A stretch of DNA of 64,000 nt from an uncultured Pelagibacteraceae bacterium (GCA_902580945.1 CACHML010000006.1:16943-80942), one strand, 5' to 3'. Counted from the first letter of the stretch, positions 21,481-32,763 are shown. Notes: generated by a model from the letters alone, not told the origin. Made by a program: numbers and translations.

Positions 21481-23241
21481 TTTTTTTCTAAAATTTTTTC
21501 TCTTTTTGAATTTTTTTCTTTTGAAATTTGATTTTTTTTCCACTTTCAATTCTATATTTTTATCAATCTTATCCTCTTTAATTTTTTGTAAATTTTCAAT
21601 TTTTTCAATTTTCTCTAATGATTTACCTGATTTTGACTTAAACTCAATTTTGTAATCTTGTAGATCTAAGTTATCACCTACATTGATATTTATTTTAACC
21701 TTATTTTTCTTTTTAAAATAATTTAAATCCTCTGAAAAATAATTTTCTACAAAATTAATTATTTTTTCATTTATATAGACATCTACTATTTTTGCGTTGT
21801 CTTCAAAAGTTTTAATCTCGATTAATTTTAAAATTTTTAAAGCAAACGTCTCATTTGTTAGTTTAATTGACCATTTAATATTGCTTTCTCTTAATCTTTG
21901 TCTTGACATTTCAAGTAAACCAAAATTACTAATTCTTCCTATTTGAATTCTAGCTCTGTCGTTTCTGCATCTCTCTTTCAATCTTCTCTCAACTTGTTTA
22001 CGATTGTTAAAGCTTAACATATCTATAAAGTCTATAATTATTAAGCCTGACAAATCTCTAATTTTAATTTGTCTCGCAATCTCCTCAGCAGCTTCAAGGT
22101 TTGTATCTAATGCAGTACTTTCAACATTTTTTTGTTTTATCGATTTTCCTGAGTTTATATCGATAGAAACTAAAGCTTCAGTGGGGTTTATGACCAGATA
22201 TCCCCCAGAACTGAGTTTTACTTCTGTTTTGAAAATTTCAAAAAGTTTTTTTTCAATATTTTCTCTAAAAAATAAAGGTATTTTATCTCTGTATTTTTTG
22301 ACTTTCTTTAATTGTTTAGGCATCATAATTTTCATATAGTTTTTTGCTTTTTGATAACCCTCATTTCCTTCAACTATAATACTTTGAGTTTCATCATCAT
22401 ACATATCTCGAATACTTCTTTTGATAATGTCACTTTCTTGATGTATTAAGGATGGGGCAATTGAATTTAATGCATTATCTTTTATAGAATTCCAAACTGT
22501 AATTAAATTTTTAAGATCTCCATCTATCTCATTTTTAGTTTTATTTGATCCTGCGGTTCTCACAATTATCCCCATTTCTTTTGGAATTTCGATTTCATTT
22601 AATATGTTCCTAATCTTTTTTCTATCACCAGGATTAAATATTTTTCTAGAAATACCACCTCCTTTTGCAGTATTTGGCATTAAAACTATATATTTTCCCG
22701 CAATGCTAATAAAAGTACTTAGAGCTGCACCTTTAAATCCCCTTTCGTCTTTAAGAACCTGAACAAGTATAACTTGATTTGGTTTTATAACTTCCTGAAT
22801 TTTGTATCTTTTAGATGGAAATTTCCTCTCATTCTCAGTCTTTTCTTTGCTTTCGTCTTCTAACTTCTCAACTGGATCATTTAGCTTAATTTCCTCATTT
22901 CCCTCTAATATTTGATTTTCATTATCTTCACTCTCTTTTGAAAGTTCTTCTCTAACTTTTTCTTCCTCTAGTTTAATTTTTTCAAGATCACTCTGGGGAA
23001 GTTGATAATAGTCAGACTGAATATCATTAAAAGATAGAAACCCGTGTCTTTCCCTTCCAAAATCAACAAATGCTGCTTGAAGTGAGGGTTCTATTCTACT
23101 TACTTTACCTAAGTAAATATTATTTTTTATTAATGTGTTGTTTACACTCTCATATTCGTAATCTTCGATATGATTATCCTTTTTGAGAACAACTCTAGTT
23201 TCATTTGGATGCGATGCATCAATATATAAATTTTTTGACAT
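21472..23241 (-). CDS. rne: ribonuclease E/G family endoribonuclease (compact, no long scaffold tail)
   Basis: S1 domain (IYLGKVSRIEPSLQAAFVDFG) with an acidic insertion. Catalytic DIDINSGK-type motif (VSIDINSGK). Short basic C-terminus. Confidence 0.85.
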   Translation of the reverse strand: MSKNLYIDASHPNETRVVLKKDNHIEDYEYESVNNTLIKNNIYLGKVSRIEPSLQAAFVDFGRERHGFLSFNDIQSDYYQLPQSDLEKIKLEEEKVREELSKESEDNENQILEGNEEIKLNDPVEKLEDESKEKTENERKFPSKRYKIQEVIKPNQVILVQVLKDERGFKGAALSTFISIAGKYIVLMPNTAKGGGISRKIFNPGDRKKIRNILNEIEIPKEMGIIVRTAGSNKTKNEIDGDLKNLITVWNSIKDNALNSIAPSLIHQESDIIKRSIRDMYDDETQSIIVEGNEGYQKAKNYMKIMMPKQLKKVKKYRDKIPLFFRENIEKKLFEIFKTEVKLSSGGYLVINPTEALVSIDINSGKSIKQKNVESTALDTNLEAAEEIARQIKIRDLSGLIIIDFIDMLSFNNRKQVERRLKERCRNDRARIQIGRISNFGLLEMSRQRLRESNIKWSIKLTNETFALKILKLIEIKTFEDNAKIVDVYINEKIINFVENYFSEDLNYFKKKNKVKININVGDNLDLQDYKIEFKSKSGKSLEKIEKIENLQKIKEDKIDKNIELKVEKKSNFKRKKFKKRKNFRKKLN

Positions 23242-23325
23242 AAATTTAGATTATTTTTCATTTGTTTTTGTTTTATAAATTCGGTGCCTTAACTTTAACA
23301 AATTCAAACAATAATTTAAACCAAA

Positions 23326-25665
23326 ATGAGTAAATTTTTAAAAAAAATTGTAATTACTTTAACTTTGTTTTCTTTATTATGCATTATAACAATTTTTTCA
23401 ATTCTTTGGTCTTATTCTAACAAGTTACCAGATTATAAGTTCTTAAAAAATTACAAACCATCAGTATCAAGCAAAGTCTATTCTGGAAATGGTGTCTTAA
23501 TTAGTGATTTTTCTGCAGAAAAAAGAATATTTGTTCCTTATCATGCGATACCAAAAAATATAATCTATTCTTTTTTATCTTCAGAGGATAAGAATTTTTT
23601 TAAACATCCAGGTGTAGATGCAAAGGGTGTATTAAGAGCAATTAAAAATAATATTTTTAATTTAATAAGATCAAATAGATTAGAGGGAGCATCAACAATT
23701 ACTCAACAGGTAGCTAAAAACTTTCTTTTATCTAATGAAGTAAGCTTAGATAGAAAACTAAAAGAAGCAATTCTGGCTTTCAGAATTGAAAGAGCTTTAA
23801 CTAAAGAAAGAATTCTAGAACTTTATTTAAATCAAATTTATTTAGGCGAAGGATCTTATGGTATAGCGTCTGCAAGTTTAAGATATTTTGATAAGCCAAT
23901 TAGTGAATTAGATTATTCAGAGACTGCTTTGCTGGCTGCATTACCAAAGGCTCCAAGCAAATATAACCCTTATAGAAATAAAAAATTGGCTACCTATAGG
24001 AGGAATCTTGTAATTAAAAACCTTTATGAAAACCTTTACATCTCAAAGAAAGAATATGAGGAATTAATAAATAAAGAAATAATTTTAAAAAAAAGAAAAA
24101 GAATTTTTCTAGAGGATACAAGATATTTTGTTGAAGAAATAAGAAAAAAAGTAATTCAAAATTATGGACATGATAAAGTTCATAAACAAGGTTTTAATAT
24201 AAAGACACCTATAAATTTAGAACTCCAGAACTTGGCTTCATTCTCATTAAGAAAAGGACTATTGGAGTATGATAAAAGAAAAGGATGGAGAGGACCTTTA
24301 GATAACAGAAATAATAAAGATTGGTATAAAAATTTAGATAAATTCAATTTAGAAAAATCGATTGGTTGGCAAATAGCTATTGTAAAAAGAATAGATAAAT
24401 TTGAAACTGTAATTCAAACATCAAATAAAGAAAAAGGAATTATAAGTTATGAGGATATTAATTGGACAAGAAAAAATTTCGATCAAATTTTAAAAATTAA
24501 TGATTTAATTTATGTCGAAAAAATTTCTGATGGTATATTTAGTTTAAGACAATTACCAAATGTTAATGGTGGAATAGTTGTTATAGATCCATTTAGCGGT
24601 AGAGTATTAGCTATGTCAGGAGGTTTTAGTTTTAAAAAAAGTGAATTTAATAGGGTTACACAGGCAAAGAGACAACCTGGATCTGCGTTTAAACCTTTCA
24701 TATATGCTTTAGCTTTAGAAAATAATTATACCCCTTCCACATTAATTCTTGATGCTCCAATAGTTCTTAATCAGGGTAAGGACTTAAAAATGTGGAAACC
24801 TGAAAATTACGGTAAAAAATTTTATGGTCTTTCTACATTAAGAACTGGTGTAGAAAAATCTAGAAATCTAATGACTGTTAGAATTTCTCAACAATTAGGA
24901 ATAGATAAGATTATAAATTTTTCAAAAAAACTAAATATATATGACGATCCAGACGAATTAATGTCAATTTCATTAGGTTCTGCTGAAACTACACTATTAA
25001 AAATTACAACAGCATATTGCTCATTTGTAAATGGTGGGAAACTAGTTTCACCAATTATTATTGATAGAATTCAAGATAGTGAAGGGAATACTATTTTCAA
25101 TAATGAATTAAGATTTTGCGAAAATTGTGATAATATTTCTTTTGAAGGCAATAATATTCCCATAATAAAAAGTAACTTTGAACAAATCTTTTCGCCACAA
25201 ACTGCTTATCAAATGACATCAATATTGGAGGGGACTATTCAAAGAGGAACTGGAAAACAATTAAGAGATCTAAATTTACAACTTGCTGGGAAAACTGGAA
25301 CAACCAATAATAACACTGACACTTGGTTTATCGGATATACTTCTAATTTAGTTGTTGGAGTCTATGTGGGGTATGATAATCCAAAGAGATTAGGTAAATA
25401 TGAAACTGGATCTAAAACTGCTTTACCAATTTTTAAAGATTTTATAAAAAAAGCTGTAAATAAATATGAAGCCAGACCGTTTAAAATTGCTAACGGTATT
25501 AAAATGATGGTTATTGACACAGATACAGGAAAAAAAGCAACTTTTGGCTCAAAAAAAACGATAATTGAGTCCTTCAAAAAAGAAAGAATTGAAAAACGGT
25601 CATATATTAGTAATGATAAAAATTATACTGAAGGATTAAAAAATAATATTTTAAAATTTTATTAA
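23326..25665 (+). CDS. mrcA: penicillin-binding protein 1A (bifunctional glycosyltransferase/transpeptidase)
   Basis: GT51 motifs EDKNFFKHPGVD and RKLKE. Transpeptidase SAFKP, SxN-like and KTGTT motifs. Confidence 0.9.
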   Translation: MSKFLKKIVITLTLFSLLCIITIFSILWSYSNKLPDYKFLKNYKPSVSSKVYSGNGVLISDFSAEKRIFVPYHAIPKNIIYSFLSSEDKNFFKHPGVDAKGVLRAIKNNIFNLIRSNRLEGASTITQQVAKNFLLSNEVSLDRKLKEAILAFRIERALTKERILELYLNQIYLGEGSYGIASASLRYFDKPISELDYSETALLAALPKAPSKYNPYRNKKLATYRRNLVIKNLYENLYISKKEYEELINKEIILKKRKRIFLEDTRYFVEEIRKKVIQNYGHDKVHKQGFNIKTPINLELQNLASFSLRKGLLEYDKRKGWRGPLDNRNNKDWYKNLDKFNLEKSIGWQIAIVKRIDKFETVIQTSNKEKGIISYEDINWTRKNFDQILKINDLIYVEKISDGIFSLRQLPNVNGGIVVIDPFSGRVLAMSGGFSFKKSEFNRVTQAKRQPGSAFKPFIYALALENNYTPSTLILDAPIVLNQGKDLKMWKPENYGKKFYGLSTLRTGVEKSRNLMTVRISQQLGIDKIINFSKKLNIYDDPDELMSISLGSAETTLLKITTAYCSFVNGGKLVSPIIIDRIQDSEGNTIFNNELRFCENCDNISFEGNNIPIIKSNFEQIFSPQTAYQMTSILEGTIQRGTGKQLRDLNLQLAGKTGTTNNNTDTWFIGYTSNLVVGVYVGYDNPKRLGKYETGSKTALPIFKDFIKKAVNKYEARPFKIANGIKMMVIDTDTGKKATFGSKKTIIESFKKERIEKRSYISNDKNYTEGLKNNILKFY

Positions 25666-26763
25666 TGGAACAGGAAATTGAAAAATTTAAGTCTGAAGTA
25701 ATTAAAATAAATCAAAGAATTAAGGAGTTTCTTTGAAACACAAAAGATTGTCTCAAAAAGAAATAAACTTAATACATTGATAGAAAACCCAAATTTTTGG
25801 GGTGATAGAAAAAAAGCTGAAAAAATATTAAAAGAAAAAAAGAGTTACGACGATCTGCTGAACTCTCATAAAAAATCTGATAGTGAGATTGAAGAATTGT
25901 ATGATATCTTCAAACTTGCAAGTGAAGAAAATGATAAACAGTTAGTTAAAGAAGCTTTAGAAAAATTTGTAAGTTTAAAAAAAGATTTAAAAAATTTAGA
26001 AATTAAATGTTTCTTATCAAACGAAAACGATATTTTAGATAGTTATTTAGAATTCCATGCAGGTGCAGGTGGGACAGAAAGTCAGGATTGGGCTCAAATG
26101 CTAAGAAGAATGTACATGAAGTGGGCATCTGACAGAGGATATAATGTTGAATTAATTAGTGAACACAAAGGAGATGAGGCAGGAATAAAATCATCTGTTA
26201 TTAAAATATCAGGTGAATACATATATGGTTTTTTAAAGTCTGAATCAGGAATACATAGATTAGTCAGAATCTCACCATTTGACTCAGGCGCAAGAAGGCA
26301 CACTAGTTTCGCTAGTGTATGGGTTTATCCGGTAATTAGTGAAAATATAGATATTGAAGTATTAGAAAAGGATTTAAGAATTGACACTTACAGATCAAGT
26401 GGGGCAGGTGGACAACATGTTAATACAACTGATAGTGCTGTAAGAATTACTCATATACCAACTAAAATTGTGGTCCAATGTCAAAATGAAAGATCACAAC
26501 ACAAAAACAAAGAGACTTGTGTGAGTATGTTAAAAGCAAGACTTTACGATCATGAAATTCAAAAAAGAAAAAAAGAAAGTGATAATATAGAAAGTTCAAA
26601 ATCAGAAATTGGTTGGGGACATCAAATAAGATCATACGTGTTACATCCTTACAGAATGGTTAAAGATAACAGAACGAATTATGAAAATTCAAATCCAGAT
26701 AGGGTATTAGATGGAGAAATCGATGAATTTTTGGAGAATTCCTTATACAAAATAAATGCGTAA
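25665..26763 (+). CDS. prfB: peptide chain release factor 2, needs a programmed +1 frameshift: join(25665..25733,25735..26763)
   Basis: ATG at 25665 opens a 23-codon frame ending CTT TGA at 25731-25736. The +1 frame is open from 25735 into the tracked ORF. SPF and GGQ (SGAGGQHVN) motifs are present. Confidence 0.9.
25723..25737 (+). promoter_or_regulatory. prfB autoregulatory +1 frameshift site
   Basis: AGGAG-TTT-CTT-TGA-A. An internal Shine-Dalgarno-like element lies 3 nt before the slippery CTT T and in-frame TGA, the same layout as E. coli AGGGGG-TAT-CTT-TGA-C. Confidence 0.85.
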
Positions 26764-29734
26764 TAGAATACTAACTATCAGTATATCAATTTTTTCTATT
26801 TTGATCATTAGTTTATCTTATTTTAGTATTTATGGGATTAAAACAGATAATTTCAATAATTTAATAAATAATAAAATTGAAAATTATAATTCTAAATTAA
26901 AACTTCAAATAGATGAAGTATATATTAAATTAAATCTTAAAGAGGTTGCTATAAATATTAACACAAAAAATGCGAATTTAATTGCTGAGGGCAATCCTAT
27001 CAAAATATCAAATATAGATGTAAACTTAAATTTGATAAAATTTTTAAAGAGAGAAAGTTCAATCAAAAATATTAAAATAAAATCTTCAAGTAATCTAATA
27101 AAGGATATTGCCTCATTTTTAAATATAATTGATTATGATCAAACTAGATATATATTTTATAATCAAATCCAAAAAGGATTATTAAAATTTGAATTGGATG
27201 CAAAATTCGATAATTTAACTCAAGATGTTCTTTCTTATTCTATTATAGGTTCCGTAAATAATGCAAAATTAAATATACCAGGATATGAAAATTTCGAAGA
27301 TGTAAACTTTGATTTTCGAGCCCAAGATACAATAATTAAAATTTCAAATTTAAATTTAAATTTTCAAAAAGTAGATTTTTCATCAAAAAAATTATTAATA
27401 AAAGAAGAAAAATCTGGTGCATATTATTTCGAAGGAGATTTTGAAAATACTAAAGCTTTAATAAATCCAAATATTATATTTAAACTTTTAAATATAAAGC
27501 AAGATTATTTATCAGATAAAAATGTAATGTTTGAAAGCAAAAATTTGTTTTCGTTCAAATTAAATGAAAATAAGAAAATAAAAAATATTATAATTGATAC
27601 TGCCTTAAATTTTGAAGAAATCTATTTTAATAACAAACACCATAATATAATCTTTTTAAAAAATGGCACAATTAATTCAAAATTTGAAAATAAAAAAATT
27701 ATTGCAGACCTTACTACAAACTTTGGTTTTATTGACAATCTAGATTTAGATAATAATTTTGAAAATAATAATCTAAAATTGTATTTAAAGAGTGAAAATA
27801 ATAAAAAAATTGAGATAAATGGTAATTTTAGTAATAAAAAAACACTTTTAAATCCTAAAATTTTTTTAAATTTTTTAGATTTAGACCCAAAACTGTTATC
27901 TGAAAAGAAAGTTAATATTCAAACAGATAATAAATTCAAATTTGAAGTTAATAATGGAAAAATAGAAAATTATCTTATTAATTCAGATATAAATTTAGAT
28001 AAATTAGAAACAAATAAAAAAATTCAAGACACTGTATATTTTAAAAATATCAAAGCTAAACTAACTTTCAAGGATAAGTTATTTCAAGCTAATTTAAACA
28101 GTAATTATTCATTTCTAAATAAAAATTACAATAATAAGTTGGATAATAACATTATAAATATCAAATTAGATAAAAATAATTCTAAAATCTCAGACTTAAA
28201 AATATTTTTTCAGACAAAAAATAACAAAATCGATACCAAAGAATTTAAAAAATATTTTTATCATAAAAAATTGGATAGATTAATTAAAGATCAACTAATA
28301 AACCTAAACTCCGATTTCACTATAAACTTATCAATTGATAAAACATTTAACATTAGAAGTTTATTAGTAAAATCAGATTTAAATTTTGATAAGTTGAACA
28401 TTAATTATAAGTCAAGTCGTCTTAAAAAATATTTTAGAAATTATAATGATAAGTTAGATATTAAGAACCCACAAATTTTATTTGAATACTCAAATGATCA
28501 AATAAAATTACAATTAGATGGCAAATATGTATTACAGGACAAAGAGGATAATATTTATATTAAATTTAAAGGTAACAAAAATAACTTTGAACTTTATTCA
28601 TTATTGAATTTAGATGATAGTATTTTAAATATAAATGAAATCCAATATTCTAAGAAAAAAAATATACCTTCAAAATTAGAACTATTAATTAATAATTCTA
28701 AAGCAGGTTTAAACTTTGAAAAAATAAGTTTTAATGAAGGTAAAAACTATATTTTTGTAAACAATCTCTTTATCTCAGATGATATAAAAATTAAGAGTGT
28801 AGATAAGGTGGATGTAAACTTTTTCAATAAAAATCGAATACTAAACAATTTTATAATTAAAAAAAATTTAAATAATTATAAATTAATTGGAAATCAAATC
28901 GATGGAGAAAAAATAGTTGAAGAAATATTGAAAGGTGATAACTCAAAAAAAATTTCAAATTTTTTTGAAAATATTAATACCTCAATTTTATTTAAATTAG
29001 ATAAGATATACTTAGAAAAAAATGAATATCTCAAAAAATTTGAAGGAGAATTTGATTTAAAAAATAATGAAATAATTTTAGCTAAAGCTGAAGGTGTATT
29101 AGATAAACAAAAGAAGTTTTCTTATTTTTATAGAACAACAGTTAATAACGAAAAAATTACAAATATGGTCATTGAAAAACCAAAACCATTTATAAACAAC
29201 TACAAATTTATTAAAGGATTTGAAGAAGGTGAATTAAAACTAAATTCTACAAAAATAGACAATACCTCAAGATCAAACCTCAAAATTACTAACTTTAAAG
29301 TCAAAGAAGTCCCTGTGTTGGCAAAAATACTCACTCTTGCATCTTTACAAGGAATTGCAGACCTCTTAACAGGGGAGGGAATACGATTTAATCAATTGGA
29401 AATTGACTTTAAAACAAAAAATAATTTAACTGAAATAGACGAAATGTACGCACTTGGACCCGCAATATCAATTTTATTAGAAGGTTACATAGAAAAAAAT
29501 AGAATAACAAGTCTAAGAGGCACATTGGTACCTGCTACTACTATAAATAAAACGATTGCTAAAATTCCTTTACTTGGAAACATATTAGTAGGCACTAAAT
29601 CCGGCGAAGGTGTTTTCGGAGTAAGTTTTAAAATTAAAGGATCACCTAATGACTTAAAAAGTACCGTCAATCCAATAAAAACTCTTACTCCAAGGTTTAT
29701 TACTAGAACTTTAGAAAATCTTAAAGGAAATTAA
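26756..29734 (+). CDS. AsmA/YhdP-like large envelope protein
   Basis: N-terminal membrane anchor and a ~900-aa N/K-rich repetitive beta-type body. Conserved C-terminal block (GTLVPATTINKTIAKIPLLGNILVG...GVFGVSFKIKGSPNDLKSTVNP) is typical of AsmA-like C-terminal domains. Confidence 0.6.
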   Translation: MRNRILTISISIFSILIISLSYFSIYGIKTDNFNNLINNKIENYNSKLKLQIDEVYIKLNLKEVAININTKNANLIAEGNPIKISNIDVNLNLIKFLKRESSIKNIKIKSSSNLIKDIASFLNIIDYDQTRYIFYNQIQKGLLKFELDAKFDNLTQDVLSYSIIGSVNNAKLNIPGYENFEDVNFDFRAQDTIIKISNLNLNFQKVDFSSKKLLIKEEKSGAYYFEGDFENTKALINPNIIFKLLNIKQDYLSDKNVMFESKNLFSFKLNENKKIKNIIIDTALNFEEIYFNNKHHNIIFLKNGTINSKFENKKIIADLTTNFGFIDNLDLDNNFENNNLKLYLKSENNKKIEINGNFSNKKTLLNPKIFLNFLDLDPKLLSEKKVNIQTDNKFKFEVNNGKIENYLINSDINLDKLETNKKIQDTVYFKNIKAKLTFKDKLFQANLNSNYSFLNKNYNNKLDNNIINIKLDKNNSKISDLKIFFQTKNNKIDTKEFKKYFYHKKLDRLIKDQLINLNSDFTINLSIDKTFNIRSLLVKSDLNFDKLNINYKSSRLKKYFRNYNDKLDIKNPQILFEYSNDQIKLQLDGKYVLQDKEDNIYIKFKGNKNNFELYSLLNLDDSILNINEIQYSKKKNIPSKLELLINNSKAGLNFEKISFNEGKNYIFVNNLFISDDIKIKSVDKVDVNFFNKNRILNNFIIKKNLNNYKLIGNQIDGEKIVEEILKGDNSKKISNFFENINTSILFKLDKIYLEKNEYLKKFEGEFDLKNNEIILAKAEGVLDKQKKFSYFYRTTVNNEKITNMVIEKPKPFINNYKFIKGFEEGELKLNSTKIDNTSRSNLKITNFKVKEVPVLAKILTLASLQGIADLLTGEGIRFNQLEIDFKTKNNLTEIDEMYALGPAISILLEGYIEKNRITSLRGTLVPATTINKTIAKIPLLGNILVGTKSGEGVFGVSFKIKGSPNDLKSTVNPIKTLTPRFITRTLENLKGN

Positions 29735-30954
29735 ATTATAATTTTATAGTGTTTTTTCTTTCCAATTGATATTTTTATAAAACCTTTTTCTAATAAAAAT
29801 TTATAATCAAGAGTATATTTTTCATCTTTAATATTAACATTATCTATCTTAATTGCATTTGATTTTATTAATCTTCTAACTTCGGATTTTGAAGTATCCT
29901 TATTTATAAACGATATTAATTCAACAATGGTTTTTGATAAAATATCTTTATTAACTTTTATACCTGGAAGATTTTCTCCAGTAGAATTTTCTTTAAAAAT
30001 ATTTTTTGCAAGTATTTCTGATTTTTTAGACTCAGTTTTTCCATGCAACATTTCTGTTGCTTGGTTTGCAAGTAAAACTTTTAATTCATTTATATTTTTA
30101 TTTTTTACATTTTCTATTTCTTTAAGAGGCAAATCAGTAAACATTTTTAAAAACTTTAAAACATCTCTATCATCTGTATTTCTCCAAAATTGCCAATAAT
30201 TATATGCAGACAACATCTCTTTATTTAACCAGACTGCACCTTTTTCGGTTTTACCCATTTTAGTTCCTGATGCTAATGTTATTAGAGGGGTAGTTAAACC
30301 ATAAGCTTGATTTCCAGACTCTCTTTTAATTAAATCAACACCATTAACTATATTGCCCCATTGATCTGAACCACCAATTTGCAAATCACATTTATTTGAC
30401 TTGTTGAGTTCATAAAAATCATAAGCTTGTAAAATCATGTAATTGAACTCCATATAGCTTAGGGATTGTTCTCTTTCCAATCTTAATTTCACACTATCGA
30501 ATGTTAACATTTTATTTATGGTAAAATGTTTACCTATATCTCTTAAAAAATTTATATAGTTTAGTTTACTTAACCATTTATAATTATTTACAAAAATTGG
30601 TTTTAGTCTAGGGTTGCTTGTCTTTAGGAAAATCTTAAATATATTTTTTATATTATTTATATTACTTTCTATTTGTTTCTCAGAAAGTATTTTTCTAGTT
30701 TCTTCTTTTCCAGATGGATCCCCAATTCTTGTTGTACCACCCCCCAAAAGAACAATCGGCCTATGACCATGTTTTTGCAAAAGTCTAAGACACATAATTT
30801 GTAATAAGCTTCCAACATGAAGACTTGGCGCAGTACTATCAAATCCAATATATGCATGGATACTTTTCTTATTTAACAACTCTGACAGTTCAATTTCATT
30901 GGTACATTGATAAAAATATCCTCTTTCTTTAAATTCTTTTAAAAAATTATTCAT
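29731..30954 (-). CDS. tyrS: tyrosyl-tRNA synthetase
   Basis: Class I HVGS (HIGH-type) and KMGKT (KMSKS-type) motifs. C-terminal S4-like domain. Confidence 0.95.
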   Translation of the reverse strand: MNNFLKEFKERGYFYQCTNEIELSELLNKKSIHAYIGFDSTAPSLHVGSLLQIMCLRLLQKHGHRPIVLLGGGTTRIGDPSGKEETRKILSEKQIESNINNIKNIFKIFLKTSNPRLKPIFVNNYKWLSKLNYINFLRDIGKHFTINKMLTFDSVKLRLEREQSLSYMEFNYMILQAYDFYELNKSNKCDLQIGGSDQWGNIVNGVDLIKRESGNQAYGLTTPLITLASGTKMGKTEKGAVWLNKEMLSAYNYWQFWRNTDDRDVLKFLKMFTDLPLKEIENVKNKNINELKVLLANQATEMLHGKTESKKSEILAKNIFKENSTGENLPGIKVNKDILSKTIVELISFINKDTSKSEVRRLIKSNAIKIDNVNIKDEKYTLDYKFLLEKGFIKISIGKKKHYKIII

Positions 30955-31001
30955 AAGTCTATAATGTTACAATATACATATTTTATTAAAAAAAAATAAG
31001 A

Positions 31002-32090
31002 ATGGCTAAGAATTTTAATGCGCTTGGTTTTATGAGTGGAACATCAGGAGACGGAGTAGACTCTTCAGTAATAAGCTCTAATGGTAAAGACAGATTAAAT
31101 ATTAAATACAATAGGTTTGATGCATATCCAATAAATTTATCCAAAAAAATTCATAAACTCAAAGATAGCATTCTAGAAATGCAAGATTTGTTAAGATATT
31201 CTGTTGAAATTAAAGAACTGGAAGATGAAATTACGAATTTTCATGCCAATATTGCACTTAAAATATCAAAAAAAATTGAATTTGATCTTATTGGGTTTCA
31301 TGGCCATACAATTTATCACAATTCAAATGAAAAAGTTTCCAAACAAATTGGTTTTGGAAATATTTTATCAAAAATTACCAATAAAACTGTTGTTTATGAT
31401 TTTAGGCAAAATGATATTAAAAATGGAGGAGAAGGAGCACCTTTATCTCCAATATATCATCTGACACTATTTAAATCATTATTTAATGAAAAAAAAATAA
31501 AAACTCCAATTTCGGTATTGAATATTGGAGGTATTTCAAACATTACTGAAATTGATAAAGATTTTAAGATTACAAGTATGGATATAGGTCCTGGAAATTG
31601 TTTGATAGATAGATGGGTTAGAAAAAATTCAAACAAACTTTATGATAAAAATGGTATTTTTGCAAAAAAAGGAAAAATAGATAAGTTTATTTTTGATCAA
31701 TATTTAGAAAATTATCATTATAGTAAAATAAAATCCAAGAGATCATTAGATATAAACGATTTTGATATATCTTTTGCAAAAGGACTTTCTTTGGAAAATG
31801 GATCGGCTACAATTACAGAAATTACAGCTGAAATAATATCAAAAAAAATAGGCTTAAATAATACTTATGCTTGCGGTGGTGGACGAAAAAATAAATTTCT
31901 TATGAACTCAATAAGAAATAAAATTAAAAATAAAATATTTATGATTGATGATTTACAAATTGATGGGGATTATATTGAGTCCCAAGCATTTGCTTTTCTT
32001 GCAATAAGATCGTTTTTAGGTCTTCCTATTTCATTTCCATCAACAACTAATTGTAAAAAACCTTTAGTTGGTGGAATTATAGCAAATTGA
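31002..32090 (+). CDS. anmK: anhydro-N-acetylmuramic acid kinase
   Basis: GFMSGTSGDGVD start, NIGGISN, DIGPGN, CGGG motifs. Divergent tyrS/anmK pairing is common. Confidence 0.9.
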   Translation: MAKNFNALGFMSGTSGDGVDSSVISSNGKDRLNIKYNRFDAYPINLSKKIHKLKDSILEMQDLLRYSVEIKELEDEITNFHANIALKISKKIEFDLIGFHGHTIYHNSNEKVSKQIGFGNILSKITNKTVVYDFRQNDIKNGGEGAPLSPIYHLTLFKSLFNEKKIKTPISVLNIGGISNITEIDKDFKITSMDIGPGNCLIDRWVRKNSNKLYDKNGIFAKKGKIDKFIFDQYLENYHYSKIKSKRSLDINDFDISFAKGLSLENGSATITEITAEIISKKIGLNNTYACGGGRKNKFLMNSIRNKIKNKIFMIDDLQIDGDYIESQAFAFLAIRSFLGLPISFPSTTNCKKPLVGGIIAN

Positions 32091-32097
32091 TATTCCA

Positions 32098-32763
32098 TTA
32101 ATAAAGAGCTGTCTCTTTTTTAATATATTTGTTTAGAGATTTAACTAAACTAGCATCATTCTTTGAAAAAAAATGATTTGCATCCTGTATGGCTTCAAAT
32201 TCAACTTTTATACCTTTTTGTTCACTTAATCTTTTATTTAATTCATTTATATGTTCAATTGGTACAAGCTCATCTTTCTTTCCATAAATCATTGTTCCTG
32301 AAGTAGGACACGGAGATAAAAAAGAAAAGTCATAGACATTTGGTTGCGGAGAAACTACTACAAATCTATTAATTTCTGGTCTTCTCATAAGTAATTGCAT
32401 TGCAATCAAAGAACCAAATGAAAAACCTGAAATCCAACATTGAGAATTATCAAAGTTTTCTCTTTCTAACCAATCCAATGCTGCAGCAGCGTCAGCAAGT
32501 TCTCCTTGACCATTGTCAAATTCCCCATCACTTTTACCAACACCTCTAAAATTTACTCTACAAACTGAAAAATCATTTTCTACGAAGGTTTGAAATATAT
32601 CAACAACAACTTTATTGTTCATTGTTCCTCCGTACTGTGGATGTGGATGCAAAACCAATGCAATTGGAGAAGTAGATTTTTTACTTTTATAATATTTAGC
32701 TTCTAATCTACCAGCGGGACCTGGTATAAATATTTCTAAAATTTTATTATCTACTGATGCCAT
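32098..32763 (-). CDS. alpha/beta-fold hydrolase
   Basis: GFSFGS nucleophile elbow, later D and H (ANHFF) consistent with a Ser-Asp-His triad, ~220 aa. Confidence 0.7.
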   Translation of the reverse strand: MASVDNKILEIFIPGPAGRLEAKYYKSKKSTSPIALVLHPHPQYGGTMNNKVVVDIFQTFVENDFSVCRVNFRGVGKSDGEFDNGQGELADAAAALDWLERENFDNSQCWISGFSFGSLIAMQLLMRRPEINRFVVVSPQPNVYDFSFLSPCPTSGTMIYGKKDELVPIEHINELNKRLSEQKGIKVEFEAIQDANHFFSKNDASLVKSLNKYIKKETALY

